DNA of 64,000 bases from the human T2T-CHM13v2.0 reference genome, Homo sapiens (GCF_009914755.1 NC_060925.1); one strand, 5' to 3'. Shown: positions 14,378-28,830, counted from the stretch's first letter. Notes: generated by a model from the letters alone, not told the origin. Translations and numbers: made by a program.

Positions 14378-14737
14378 TAATATGGTTTGGCTGTGTCCCC
14401 ACCCAATTTCATCTTGTATTGTAACTCCCATAATCCTCACATGTTGTGAGAGGGACCTGGTGGGAGGCAATTGAATCATGGGGGTGGGTTTTCCTGTGCT
14501 GTTCTCATGATAGTGGATAAGCCTCACAAGATCTGATGGTTTTATAAAGGGCAGTTACCCTGCATATGCTCTCTTGACTGCTTTCATGTAAGACGTGACT
14601 TTGCTCCTCTTTTTCTTTCCACCATCATTGTAAGGCCTCTCCAGCCATGAGGAACTGTGAGTCCATTAAACCTTTTTCTTTACAAATTACCCAGTCTTGG
14701 GTATTTCTTCATAGCAGTATGAAAATGGGCTAACACA
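14378..14737 (+). mobile_element. THE1B-like solo LTR
   Basis: taatatggtttggctgtgtcccc...ctaacaca; perfect 5-bp TSD ccagc (14373-14377 / 14738-14742). Confidence 0.92.
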
Positions 14738-14944
14738 CCAGCTAGGTCTAAAAAGTGACTTGCTAAGAAGAATATTTTGTCTATTTTAAGCTGTGAAGAA
14801 TTAATGCAAATTATTGTATTTTCCAGGAGTGATAGTGCATTGACTGTGTGTATAAAATATTTAAATATATATTATTCAAAAATTTTTCTGAATGTTCCTG
14901 GTGGTTGAAGCCAATCCATGTTTATGTGAACTCTACCAGTTCAC

Positions 14945-15110
14945 ATAAAATATGAAAATATGAAATATGAACTATGAAATATTTCATAAAATATGAACTA
15001 TGAAATATTTCATAAAATATGAACTATGAAATATTTCATAAAATATGAAATATGAACTATTTCATAAAATATGAACTATTTCATAAAATATGAAATATGA
15101 CAATATGAAC
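14945..15110. repeat. AT-rich 26-bp minisatellite with internal palindrome
   Basis: Unit tatgaaatatttcataaaatatgaac at 14973, 14999 and 15025 plus shortened variants. Confidence 0.9.
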
Positions 15111-15269
15111 AGTATTACATTTAGTGTTTTTTAGATGAATATCCATGACAAATCTTGAACCATGAATAAAATACATGCTGAAGTAAGGACTTTTCATTGT
15201 TTCAGTCCCTCAGATCTGTGGGATGTAAAATTTAAAACAAAATGTCTACATCCAACCAGTAAGCAAAAA

Positions 15270-15715
15270 GATGCCCAATGTCCTAAAGCATTTAAAGGAA
15301 ATGCTTTAATAAATTGTGGCATACCTATACAAAGCAATGCAATACAATAGTGGAAATGATGGAACCAGAACTATGTTTTTTAAAAATTATAAAAGTTAAA
15401 ATATCTAATGTTGAGTATAAAAAGGCATCGCAGGTTATAATGAATGTTACCATTATATACATTTTTTAAATAAAAAACGATGCTTTGTTTATAGAAAAAT
15501 ACCTACATAGCAGAATATTAAAATGCTTGAGAATAATAAAAATGTATGATTGTGGTTATCTCTGGAGTATAGAAAAGAAGAGAAATTGAATGGTACAGAC
15601 CAGAAACTTCCAAAGTACTTGGAATGTTTATTTCTTAACTTGGTTGGATATAGTTTTTACTTTTATGATTACCAACACTTTTATGTTTAACTGAAATACG
15701 TCATATAAAATTTTT
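15270..15715 (+). mobile_element. L1ME-type 3' fragment
   Basis: ataaattgtggcatacctataca...gtggttatctctgg...atgtttatttcttaac. Confidence 0.55.
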
Positions 15716-16765
15716 AAGGCAATCTGTCAAATATATATTGCCACAAAAGTGCTAAGTAATAAATAAACCTAAATATCAATATCTTAAAAAATAAGTGTCT
15801 ACCTAATAGACTAGTGCAGGAGATCATTTTCACTGGGTTTGTGTAGGCAATTTTTAGATCTTCACTAGACTCATTCAGGTGTATGGTGATGAGCTGGATT
15901 TTTGCTGATATAGGCTGAACTTGGCTTGGCACACTGACTATCTGCCATGTATATCCCACTTTAGTGGGTATGTTGTCAAGATGATAGCAAAGGGTTAAGA
16001 GAGAGAAAATATAAACTCAAAGCTTTCTTGAATTCTGGGCTCACAATCTAGCCAAGTGTCAGAGAGAAAGGTAATCAACAATTTATGTGTCGAAGAATGT
16101 GAATCCAGAGAAATTAAGAATCTGAGCCACTTTGCAAGACCCTAGTCTGTTCTGATGGACAGAATTATTCATTTATCTCTCTTATATAAAATATACTCAC
16201 TTGCTCATCCAATCACACATAAGCTCCAACTCCAGGATATTGTGATTTATATCAATTTGAATGTAGCTATTCCTGACCTGGCAACCTACAAACCAAAAGA
16301 AGACCAGTTTTCTATTTCACCCACATCCAACTTACAGTAGTGGAATAGTGGTAGGTTAAAAGCAATAATGTACTATCATTGGAAAAAGGAAAGAATGAGA
16401 AGCTCTATGGCAGTCACTCATCTAAATGTTCTAAGATTACACTGGGAAATTACAATCAGGTCCTTTATTCTGGAGATGGAGAATGCTCTTAGGTCCAATT
16501 CTCATACCTATGAAGAGTTTCCCCTTCTTTTATTCTCTATAGCTCTTAGCTCTACCCTCTGGACTATCTTTTCTTTTCCATGAACTCTTTTGCCACTTTT
16601 GAAGGCAGCATTAGCAAATATGCTCAATAAAGGTCATTCAAAGTTTGCTTCTCATCATGTAAGTATGAGGTCCTAGAAGCCTCTCTATATTTTGAAAAGT
16701 TTCAGTCCATTGTAGACCAGCCTGTTGATTCTTTTGCCAATGCGACTCTCAAAAATGTTAAGTGT

Positions 16766-16899
16766 GGCCAGGCATGGGGCATGAGCCTGTGGTCCTAACT
16801 ACACTGGAGGCTGAGGCCGGAGGATTGCCCAGGAGGTTGAGGCTGCAGTGAACCGTCTTCATGTCACTGCACTCCTGCTTGGGCTACAGAGCAAAAATC

Positions 16900-16935
<36 letters not shown>
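16766..16935 (+). mobile_element. Alu monomer (FRAM-like) with (CA)17 tail (16902-16935)
   Basis: Single right-arm Alu sequence followed by a CA repeat. Confidence 0.8.
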
Positions 16936-16937
<2 letters not shown>

Positions 16938-16949
16938 GTGTTGAGTATA

Positions 16950-17253
16950 TTTATTTTATTTATTTACTTTTATTAAGACAGCGCCTCCCTCTCTCACCCA
17001 GGCTGGAGTGCAGTGGCCCAATAACGACTCACTGCAACCTCAACCTCCCCAGGCTTTAGTGATCCTGCCACCTTAGCCTCCTGAGTAGCCGGGACTACAT
17101 GTACGTGTCACCATGCCTGGCTGGCATATTTTTTATAAAGACAGGGTTTTGCCATGTTGCCCAGGCTGGTCTCCAATTCCTGAGCTCAAGCCATCCACCT
17201 GCCTCAGCCTCCCGAAGTGCCAGGATTACAAGCATGAGCCACCATGCCCAACC
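16950..17253 (-). mobile_element. AluJ
   Basis: Dimer; TSD-like tgttgagtatattt / tgttgactatattt. Confidence 0.92.
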
Positions 17254-17309
17254 TGTTGACTATATTTTAAACGTTTGTTCTAGTCCACATTAAGCTCAAA
17301 AGACACACC

Positions 17310-17311
17310 AT

Positions 17312-17350
<39 letters not shown>

Positions 17351-17370
17351 TCTATTTATTTATTTATTTA
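17310..17370. repeat. (ATTT)n microsatellite
   Basis: Visible run. Confidence 0.92.
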
Positions 17371-18898
17371 CTTAGTTATTTGATGTCTGTCCAACTTGAT
17401 TCTGGTGCTTGGGTTATACGGGCTGCTAGGGAACCATTCCATTCAGTTCCTAGAGGTTACATTTTGTCCAGGTGAGGGAATCTACTGTTAATTATTTAAT
17501 CCTCTCAGAGGTCATCATAAAGTGGTCCAGAGCCATACCCTTTATTTGCCCTTATACCTGAGGCCATGTCTAGCATGAGAGGCCAGAAATCAGTAGTTTT
17601 ACCTTCCAGTTTGGCAGGTTCACATCCCACTATCTTTCCTCTAAATTGTATTTGCACACTCTCAGCACTATTCTGAGCTCATCATTTTACTGTGGTACAT
17701 TTTCGCATATAGTTAATAAGAAACAATTGCTATTTCCAGTTCTTCCTAGAAATTTCTGTGCCAAGATAAACATTCATTAGTTACTTTATTTTAGTTAAAG
17801 CAGTTAAGAGTTTTACCAAATGTTTTGCAACTGCATAATGTGGTTATCATATCTTAGCTCTCCATGGTGGCTCCCTTGCCATTTGTCCAACTTCCTTTTA
17901 AAGTCTCTTCCATCCTCTGCCTACCATTTGGTCCCCAAACCAGTGCTACATATTTTAGTGATGCTTTATGGCATCACCCTACTCCTCATACCGACTTCTG
18001 AATCAGTTATATCTTCCTACAATAATGCTTAATGAGTAATCATCTCAAAAGTGTTTCAAATAATAGTACTCATTTAGCTGATGAGCCTGTGTGCTGGTGA
18101 TTTAGGCTTGGCTTTGCTTGGAGTTCTTTAGGTATCAGACTCACCCACATGTCTGAGTGTGTGCTGACTGTTGGCTAAGCCAGGCTGACTGTAGTTGGAG
18201 TGACTTGGGCAACTCAGCTATGCTCCACATTTCCCTTTTTCTCCAGCAAGCTAGTCTGAGCATGTTCTTATGGGAATAACAGAAGTGCAAGTATGCAAAG
18301 ACTCATGAGGCCCAGATTCAAAACTGACAAACTATCGTTTCTATTTGTGTTTGCTAAGACCAGAGCCGGAGTAGAGGAAATTTAAAAAAAAAACAATTAT
18401 GAAGTAACTGTAAAGTTGCATGGCAAGGGCATGGATTTTGGAAGGGTAAAAATTTGGGCCATTTTTGCCTTCTACTACAGATGACAATCTTACCACCCAA
18501 AGTAATTCATAGATTTATCTTTGCGGCCCCTGATGAGGTCTTTATGTAAAATACTTTCATATGAAAAATATTCCCATATTTAATTGTAAAAAAAAAACAT
18601 TTTACCTACTTCTTAAAAACACTTTATCTTCCCAAAGATGTATCTGCCCTTTAGAACAGAATCATAACTGCACACACAAAATATTTAGAAAACTATTTTT
18701 AAACACGCATTTGCAGACTTGTTATTTTAAGACTCAAGGAATTTCCTCATGAAAACTAATGATATGAATCTTGAACACAACACAATTATTCATTGTAGAA
18801 TTAACTGCTAGTTGCAAAACAACATTCATATCAAAGATGCCCAAAAGCCCATATCACATTATGTGTTTTTATGAAAATGATTCTGTGTAGTAGAAATG

Positions 18899-19428
18899 TG
18901 TGGTACATTAAAAATGGCTGCAAATTATTTGCTGCTCCTCCCAGTGAGAGGGAGACTATGCTTTTCTTCACCTTGAATCTAGATTGGAATGTCTTGCTGG
19001 ATCAATTGAAAGCAGTGGAAGTGACAATCTGAAATTTCAAAGGCTAGGTTATTAGACGCCTTCAATTTTCACCCAGATCTAATATAACACATTCTTTGGA
19101 GCCCTAAGACACGTGTAAGAAGTCCTTCATGTTAAGACTGCCAAGCTAGATAGGACACATATAAGTACTTCAGTGGATAGTCTCGGAAGAAACCAGGCTT
19201 CTAGACATTCCTGTGAAGACTTCAGCTATGGGAGTAGCCATATTTGACCATCTATACCAGCCTCTGCCAGGTGAGCACCGCCAGGGAACCTCAGCAACGT
19301 AATCAAAGAATTGCCTCAGTACTGATCAAATTTCTGACTCACAAAATCACGAGATAGAATACGATGATTATTGTTTTTATTTGCTAATTTTTATTTTATT
19401 TTTCTTACAGTAATAGATAATCAGAGCA
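18899..19428 (+). mobile_element. MLT1H1-like LTR (first of three)
   Basis: tgtggtacattaaaaatggctgcaaatt...aatagataatcagagca. Confidence 0.8.
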
Positions 19429-21102
<1,674 letters not shown>

Positions 21103-21596
21103 TGTGGCAGATTAGAGGTGACCACAAATTATTTGACACTTCTGTGGATGTGGGATGTTTATCTCCTCCCATTGAATTTTGGCAGTTTTTGGCCAATAAA
21201 ATATGGTAGAAGTGACATTGTGCCAGTTTTCGCTTCTGAGTCTTAAAAAGCTGGCATCTTCAGACCCTGGCTGTGGGAGATGTCAGCCATTATGTAAGAA
21301 GTCTAACTATCCTGCTGTGAGGAAACACAAGTTAGCCATTTGGAGAGGCTGCATGAAGTGACATGGGTGACCATATCCCAGGTTTTCAGTCTTCCAGCCC
21401 AGACACCAGATGAAGAGTAAAGAAGCCGTTAGATAACCTCAGTCCCAGGAGCTGCCCGAATGTAACAGCATGAGAGATATGGAATGAGAACACACAACCG
21501 AGCCCAGTAAATGCACAGAATCATGAGAAATAATAAATATATTCTAAGCCATTATGTTTTTGGATATATTTTATGCAGAAATATATAGTTGGAGCA
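21103..21596 (+). mobile_element. MLT1H-like LTR (middle)
   Basis: tgtggcagattagaggtgaccacaaatt...gctgtgaggaaacacaag...catgagaaataataaat..ggagca. Confidence 0.8.
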
Positions 21597-21747
21597 GAAT
21601 ATAGGTATATATATTTTTAACCTGGAACTGATTTACATGTCAAAATCCTGTGTTGTAATAGGATGACATTTTGGGGAGCTTTAAGAGGGCATCATGTGTA
21701 TTTTACAAATGGGGAAAACATAAATAATTGGTGACCAGAGGTCAGAC

Positions 21748-22264
21748 TGTGGTAGACTAAAGATGGCTGCAAATTCTTTGCTACTGCTCCTAATGAGAGG
21801 TGAAGTTTCACTCCCCAACAAAATGTAGCAGGAGTGACAATCTAGAACTTCCAAGACCAGGATATAGGAACACTTTAGCCTCTATCTATCTCTCCTAGGA
21901 CAGTTCTTTGATTGTCTAGAGTCATGTAAGTTGGGCTACCCAGAGAGTATGAAGGTGAGGTCATGTGTGGGTGTTTTGGTGGTCAGACCTTGTTAAGGCT
22001 GGCCTTTTAGCCATCCTTGCAAAGGCTCTAGACATTTGAACAAAGCCGTCTTGGACCCTAAGACTAGTCCATCTACCAGCTGAATATCATCAGATAACTT
22101 CATTTTACACTACATAGAACAGAAGAATCACACAGTTGAACCCTGTCTAAATTGCTGACCCATCAAAAACATAATTAAGTTGGTTAGAGTGACTTAGAGG
22201 AATTTGGGGATACTTAGAGTTACTTGGGGGTAATTTTGAAGCAAGTAGTAGGTAACTGCTGCCA
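21748..22264 (+). mobile_element. MLT1H1-like LTR (third), preceded by a short int 3' end (21597-21747)
   Basis: ccagaggtcagac|tgtggtagactaaagatggctgcaaattc...aagccgtcttggaccc..cagaagaatcac. Confidence 0.8.
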
Positions 22265-23102
22265 AGTGTAAATTATAAAATAGAGTGGGTCAATTCAAAT
22301 GAAGATATATATTTAAAAATGAAATAAGAAAAGAAAACTAAGTCTCAAGGAAATTATAAAATTCTTCAACAAATTCTTGTGGGCATCTCATGTTATAGAA
22401 AGAATAGTGGAACATAGAGTCATATCCTAGAGAGAAAAAATTTCCCCCACTTAAAAAAAACACACACACAAAAAAATTAACATTGCGTTGTATTTTGGCC
22501 TGAGGCTCTCAACTCCACAAGTTTTCTTTAACATAAATCAGTTGAACTTAATTCATTAGGTGCAGATTCTCTTCAGGACCTCTGAATTTAAAAAATGAGT
22601 ACATTCATAACTTGAATTTACATCCCATTATATTAAATCTTCATGTCCAGTATAACCAAAAGCAAGAATACTAAAAGTTCTTTAGCCTTAAACTCTTCAA
22701 ACATTTCTGAAATTAGTATCAACCTTCAAATGATTGGGGCTTTTTGGATTCCTCACTCTCTAACTTCTATATTTTACAGGGTACAAAGTCCCATACAGAA
22801 AAGGACACAGGAATATTACCTGCTGCTGCCAGGATAATGTTACTTGTAAATTTTCCCGGGAGAAGTTATTTGCTTTCTCTTCTGTGCTCCCCTAGAGATA
22901 CCAACATTTGAAATTTTTACCATTATTGAGCTTATTACACAGCATCACAGTAATTGGCTTCTGTGCCCTTCCTAAAGTCCATGTTTCAAGAGTACATGTG
23001 CCAGTGCTTGAAAGAAAAGGGGAGATAATTTATATAAGGTAATCTGGTAACATATTTTTATCTTCCCAATATTAAAAAATCTTAGAAGTTAGGATAGTGT
23101 CC

Positions 23103-23171
23103 TTCTTTTTTTAGGCAGCATCTCGCTCTGTCACCCAGGCTGGAGTGCAGTGGCATGATCTCACCTCACTG
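23103..23171 (-). mobile_element. 5'-truncated Alu fragment (~65 bp)
   Basis: tctcgctctgtcacccaggctggagtgcagtggcatgatctc. Confidence 0.85.
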
Positions 23172-25223
23172 AGAGCAATGTGCTATTCTATAATTTTACA
23201 TTTTTATGTTGTTTAAAAACTGTAGGCATGTGGATTCAGCTACCGTGTCTTCAAAATCTACAGCACATGATATTTTATGTGAAAAAAAGCTAACAGTGAC
23301 TGTAAATTCAAAGGTAGTTCTGCTCTGTGTTCTGCTTTAGCTCTGCCTTTGAATGGAAAGCCAGTGTAACCTCTTAACTATAGTGTCCTGGGGAAGCTAA
23401 ATGAATAATCAGTAGATATCTAATATATGACCCATCAAGATCATGCCTGCAGATACTTAAGTGAACTCCAGGGAAACAGCTGTCCCTTTGAAGCAATCTG
23501 CTTGCAGAATCAAAAAGAGCCATTTGAGAAACCCTCTAAAACACTGAAATTTCAAAAACCACTATCTGGACATCATTGTCTGGCCCTTGGTGCTCTGAAA
23601 TTCTGAGCAGGAGCTATTTTCTCCTAATCTTCATCTTCATCCAGATATAAAACTTGTTTTCATGAAATCAGCACATAAATATTTTTATTGATTACATCAA
23701 ATTGTCATGATAATCTGTTTCTGTTACAAAAATTTCATGGAAAACAAATTATTGGATGGAATTTGGTAGTTTAACATGATAATTTATCCTGGTGACAGAA
23801 GCTTTGAAATTATTTTATGTAAGAGTAGATTTTGACATTTGGAATTCATAGTTGTTACTCAGCACATCATGTTCCTTCTATAGAAACTAGCTAATTTTAT
23901 CATCTTCCCTTTACCATCTTTCAGTCTTTAGGGATCAATTATAGATGAACTCTGATTTAGAATTTGTATAAGCTAAAGCATTATAGTAATAACTTTTAAA
24001 GTAGTATTTAAAATATCCTTATCTTACGTATATATGACTACATATTTGCAATAAAAATATTCTCAGGAAAGAGAAGACTATTAATATGTATTGTAGAAAG
24101 TAAATTTGTCCTTATTTCTTCTTTCTGAGCACATGAAAGCAAAGATAAATTTAAAAGGGGCAAAGATATCTTAAAGAGTAAAATATTGATTTTAAAAATA
24201 ACATTATTTTACAAATTTAGAGAAATCAAATTGACCTAGAGACATTTCCCATTTCAATTTGTAGGAATCCGGCTTCCAAGATATAGCTTTTGTATTTAAT
24301 TATTAAATATTTCCTCTTCAATTATTTATTATATTTAGTATATTGAAATATGCCATCTTGAGAATTCACCTTGATTTAAGCAAAACCAGTATAAAACTCT
24401 GGACAATTCTTTGGTAAGAAATTCATAACTTTCCTTAATAAAAAGCATTGGTACATGATTTGATTAGACAAATTCAATTTGCCTACATCTTTCCAGGACG
24501 TATCTATTGCATAAAAGGAAGGCAAACTTTATTTTATTAATGAATCTATTCTAAACCCTTGATAAAGTGTGATACATGATTTTTGTTTTTATTCCCATTC
24601 CAATTATTAGGAGAATTCAAGCATTCCAGAAATATAATCTTCTACTTTGATTTTGTCACTGTTTTGATCTTTAATTGGGTAGTTAGGTACTTGATTCTCT
24701 TTATTTTTTATGGTCTATTATCATCTGGCAAATGTGGCTAGTTGAAGAAGCCTAGTTATTTAAAATGAAAGTTATTGCATTTCAGAAGAGATAAGGTACA
24801 TTCTGAAACACTGCAATCATACCCAGACAATGGAAGAAAAGAAATATTTTCTCTGAATTCCTACGACTATAATGGAAACAAGAAAGAAAAACGTTTTGGT
24901 TTCCTCTTAAAAATGTAACATCATATTTGTGAAGACAACCACATTGATGCATAATGGGTTCCCAAATATTTGCTGAATAAATGAATAATTAGTCAATACA
25001 TTTCAAATCTATCCTAATTAAATTCTTGTCACTTTATATTTTAATGGCCCCCTTCAAATAAGGGCCTCTGTTTGTTGTCAGTTTCAGTTGTCTAGGAAGT
25101 AGACACTAAATTGAAATCAGAAGTGAAAGAGACATTTTTGGTGGAATGGGGTTGGAGAATGCCTGTAAAAGATACAGGAGAGACAAAACAGGAGTAGGTT
25201 GAGAGACTTCAGACTGTTGATAT

Positions 25224-25647
25224 TGAGAGGTGAGGCCAGCTGGACTTTCTGGGTCAAGTGGGGACTTGGGGAACTTTCTTGTCTAACGAGGATTGTAAAA
25301 CACACCAATCAGCACTCTGTAAAATGCACCAATCAGCAGGATTCTAAAAGTAGCCAATCGCAGAGAGGCTTTTAAAAAGGACACTCTGATAGGATGGAAA
25401 TGCAACATGGGAGGGGACAATAAGGGAATAAAAGCTGGCCACCCCAGCCAGCAGTGGCAACCCATTCAGGTCACCTTACAGGCTGTGGAAGCTTTGTCTT
25501 TTAGCTCTTCACAGTAAGCCTTGCTACTGCTCACTCTCGGGTCCATGCCATCTTTAAGAGCTGTAACACTCACTTGGAAGGTCTGCAGCTCCATTCTTGA
25601 AGTCAGCGAGACCACGAACCCACCAGCAGGAACCAACTCCAGACACA
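25224..25647 (+). mobile_element. LTR12F-like (ERV9-related, ERV1 class) solo LTR
   Basis: tgagaggtgaggccagctggac...aaccaactccagacaca; caccaatcagc repeats; perfect 4-bp TSD atat (25220-25223 / 25648-25651). Confidence 0.92.
25305..25432 (+). promoter_or_regulatory. LTR12 U3 promoter module: 3 CCAAT boxes, GC-box-like motif, AATAAA TATA-equivalent
   Basis: CCAAT at 25305, 25329 and 25354; gggagggg ~25409; gAATAAAa 25427-25432. The motifs are seen; activity is not shown. Confidence 0.55.
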
Positions 25648-26334
25648 ATATGGGCCTGACACCTATGAAGACAGGAAAGAAAGAAGGATTTGTTAGGAGG
25701 AGCCTAGAGCCACACAGAGCTCTGAGGAAACCTTGACCAGTGTGGTGGGGACCCCCAAACAACGATTTCTCATGAAAGTTTAGCTGTATTGGGCAGGCAT
25801 GTCTCAGCTAGCACCTCCACCATGGTCAGTCATTGTATAGGAGCTGCCCTGGAATGCTGGGGAATGTGCCTTGACCTGAATAGGGTGGAAGATTCCAAAG
25901 AAGTGGCCAGTGGGTGCTCTCAGGTGAGTACACTCCTCATAATGGGTTTTCTCTTGAAAGGAGGTTTAAGGGACACACTTCCATGACTGTCAAAGTCTGT
26001 GCCCTTCAAAGTATCTAATTAGTCAATGCAGGGTTCTTAATCTGTCCAATTTTCTGAATATATGTCCATTTGGTTTTCTGATGTCTTGAAAACTACATGT
26101 ATCTGTCCTTTGGTATCTGTTATACTCTCTGTTTATATCCTTTTCTCCTGCAGGGCTAACTCAGCACTCAATCACACACTCTTCATTCTGTGACTCTTGG
26201 GATATACCAGTTGTAAGACGTAACGAGTGGCTGAAGAGTTAGATCTCTCACCAAAATAAGGAATAGAAGGGGAGGGGTGGATGCTCTCTAGGGAAATAAA
26301 TGATTGATTTAGTCTGCCACACATGTCGGTGAGT

Positions 26335-26830
26335 GAAATAACAGTGCTACTTTTATGGAAAGAATAGAAAAACAAATGATGTTGAAAAATTATTTTAAAA
26401 TATCCAGGGTAAAGACAGGAGAGAGACGATGTGTTTGTTGGGGAGTGACATTTTTATAGAGAGTGTTCCAATATGGGGATTTGAGTGAAGGAAACAAGTA
26501 AGCCACAGAGTTGTGTCAGGGGAGGAGCCATCCGGGTATAGAAAATAGGAAATGAAAGGCCCTGAGCTAAGCACATTTTTGGCCTGGTCAGAGAAAAGCA
26601 AAGACGCCACTGCAGCTGCACTGAAGGAGCAAGGAAATATAGTAAGCGATGAGTTAGAAGAGGCAGTCATTTGTCAGAATAAGCACTGGGGGCCTATTGT
26701 AATGTTGAATTTTATTTCGACTCAAAGGGAAAAACATTACAGTATTTCAGCAGATGAGTAATATTCTCTAACTTAGTTTTTAAAAGATCACTCTGGCCAT
26801 GATATGTGGTGAATAGATGGTAGGAGATAT
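26335..26830 (-). mobile_element. L2 fragment (left piece)
   Basis: aaaggccctgag..ttttaaaagatcactctggc antisense L2 motifs. Confidence 0.65.
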
Positions 26831-26889
26831 TATTAGGGATAGAGCATCATAAACAAGCATCAAGAAGGCTCAAAACACAAGAACAGAAT

Positions 26890-28830
26890 GTCCAATTCTG
26901 TAAGAAGATATAGAAATTCTAAACATGTATGCAATTAATGAAATGGCCTTGGATTATATGAAGCAAAAATTAGAACTGCAAGAAAAATTTAGAAAATTAC
27001 CATCATAATATGAAATTTCAACACAAAAATAATTCAAAGAAAAGCAGATAATACAATCAGTAGAACAAAATTAATAAGCTTGATCTGAGAGATATAAAAA
27101 ACCATTTCTGCATCCAACAATGAGAAAATTCTATTGTTTAGGCCTACATGGAATATTTATAAATGTTGATAATGTTAAAAGGTAAATAAAAGCCTCAAAA
27201 TTTCAAAGACTAGGTATATGCAGATCATATTCACTGATAATATAATAATTAGAAGAAAATAACAAAAGATATGTAAATTTTTTCTGAATAATTAGAAATC
27301 AAATAATCACAAATCTGATAAATTAATCATTGAAAAAGAAATTCTAATGGGATTAAAAACTACCCAGCACTGAATAATAAAGAATATACTACATATCAGC
27401 ATTTAGACCTTGAGGTAGGCAAAACTCTCTTAAATCTACAAAATATCTAGCTGTGTAAAGATGTTCAATTTTACTTTTAATTTTTTTTCATTTTTTTGGT
27501 CTAAAAATGCTAATGAACTTATAACTGACAAATCAAATTTAGGAAGTATTTGCAATGCCTACAGATAACAATGGAATGATATCAATCGTATAAAAAAACT
27601 CATGATTTGTTCAGAAAAACTCAGAGAACTAATTAAAAATGAGAGAAAAAAAAGACATGAACCAGCATGTTGTAAAAATATATATGGCCGACACACACAA
27701 ATAAGTACTTAGCTTTATTAGTGAGTATAAAAAAAAATCAAAATCACAATGAGATCCTATTTTACACCTCTTCTATTGGAAAAAATAGTTACAAATCCAA
27801 AAATAGCAAGTGATGGAGAAGATATGGATCCACAGACTCATTTATGCATTACTGGTGGAAATGTAAAGTAATACAATCACTTAAAAAACAGACACTGTCT
27901 TGTAAAATTGTACTTTCTTACACTCCACAACCCTAGGCAGATACATGTGTCTTGGGTCAAATTTCCTAGAAGCAGACCCCAAGACAGGGATTCTTGGACA
28001 ATGATTTGTTAAGGCAATGCACTTAGGAGATATTTAACAGGGAGTTAGAAAGCAGGATAGTGAAAGCAGCAAAGCTAAACTGGGTAGTAGGGCTTTTGTA
28101 CACCTACATTGACTCCCAACTGCCTCCAGTGAGGAGAATGGGTGGGAGGAGCACAAGCCCAGCAACCCGGATAAGGTTGGATCAATTTTGCAAGTGCTGT
28201 CACTCAGGGAAAGGTGCAGGTGGAAGCGTTTAGCAGCAGTGCCAACAGAACCCAGTAAAGGAGTCCCTGAGAATCTGGGCAAGATACTGGAAGCATCTGC
28301 TACCATCTGGGAGAAACTTTTTACATGTACAAGATTGTTTACAGATGCATGGCTTACAGTGACCAAAACCTAGAAACAATCATTTTAGTTCATTGACACA
28401 AGAGTGAATCTATCTCGTGTTGGATAGTCACGTAATAGAATTAATATTAACATATTAATATTAATAAATCATATCAGTAAGCAGTAAGAGTGAATTAACC
28501 TCATCCACATGCAACAACATAGATGAATTTCAGCAATATAATATTGAGTATAAATGTACATACACCATGAAAGTGTTTTTAAGAAGCTAATAAAATGTAG
28601 AGGAATACATAAAGATGAGTTAAAAATATATAAACCTACAGCAAGGAAATAGTGAATGAAGCATCTTGATGGTTATTACTTGGGTTAGGAGTGGCAGGCG
28701 GATGTTGTGGAAGGCTGGGGGATGCATAGATTATCCATTGAGTACCCTTTTTGTATTGAATGATAGGTTCATGAGTGCTTGTGATGTTATTTTTAAAAAT
28801 GAATTGAAGATTAAATAAATAAGTTTTGGT
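26890..28830 (+). mobile_element. L1ME-type relic (ORF2 5' part joined to 3' region), split by LTR33
   Basis: gaagatatagaaattctaaacatgtatgc; aaatcacaatgagat..; gcattactggtggaaatgtaaa; catgcaacaacatagatgaat. Confidence 0.7.
27948..28305 (-). mobile_element. LTR33-like ERVL LTR
   Basis: tgtcttgggtcaaatttcctagaagcagacc..gaatctgggc..gcatctgctac. Confidence 0.55.

Larger units (their letters stand above)
15800..18479 (-). mobile_element. MLT1 (MaLR) proviral relic: 5' LTR 17999-18479, internal 16145-17998, degraded 3' LTR ~15800-16144
   Basis: On the minus strand, LTR end aactgattca joins int start gaagtcggtatgaggagtagggtgatgcc...aaaatatgtagcactggtttgg; int 3' end gtgagtatattttatataag..tgaataatt..cagac precedes the second LTR. 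Confidence 0.7.
25075..25994 (-). mobile_element. LTR16-family (ERVL) LTR, split by LTR12F
   Basis: ctgacacctatgaag..ttgggcaggcatg..tcagtcattg..ctcttgaaagga..ccatgactgtcaaa resembles antisense LTR16D/E. Confidence 0.6.

Noticed and set aside
14945-15110. Palindromic repeats superficially like a CRISPR array
   Set aside because: No unique spacers, tandem units only, primate context, no cas genes
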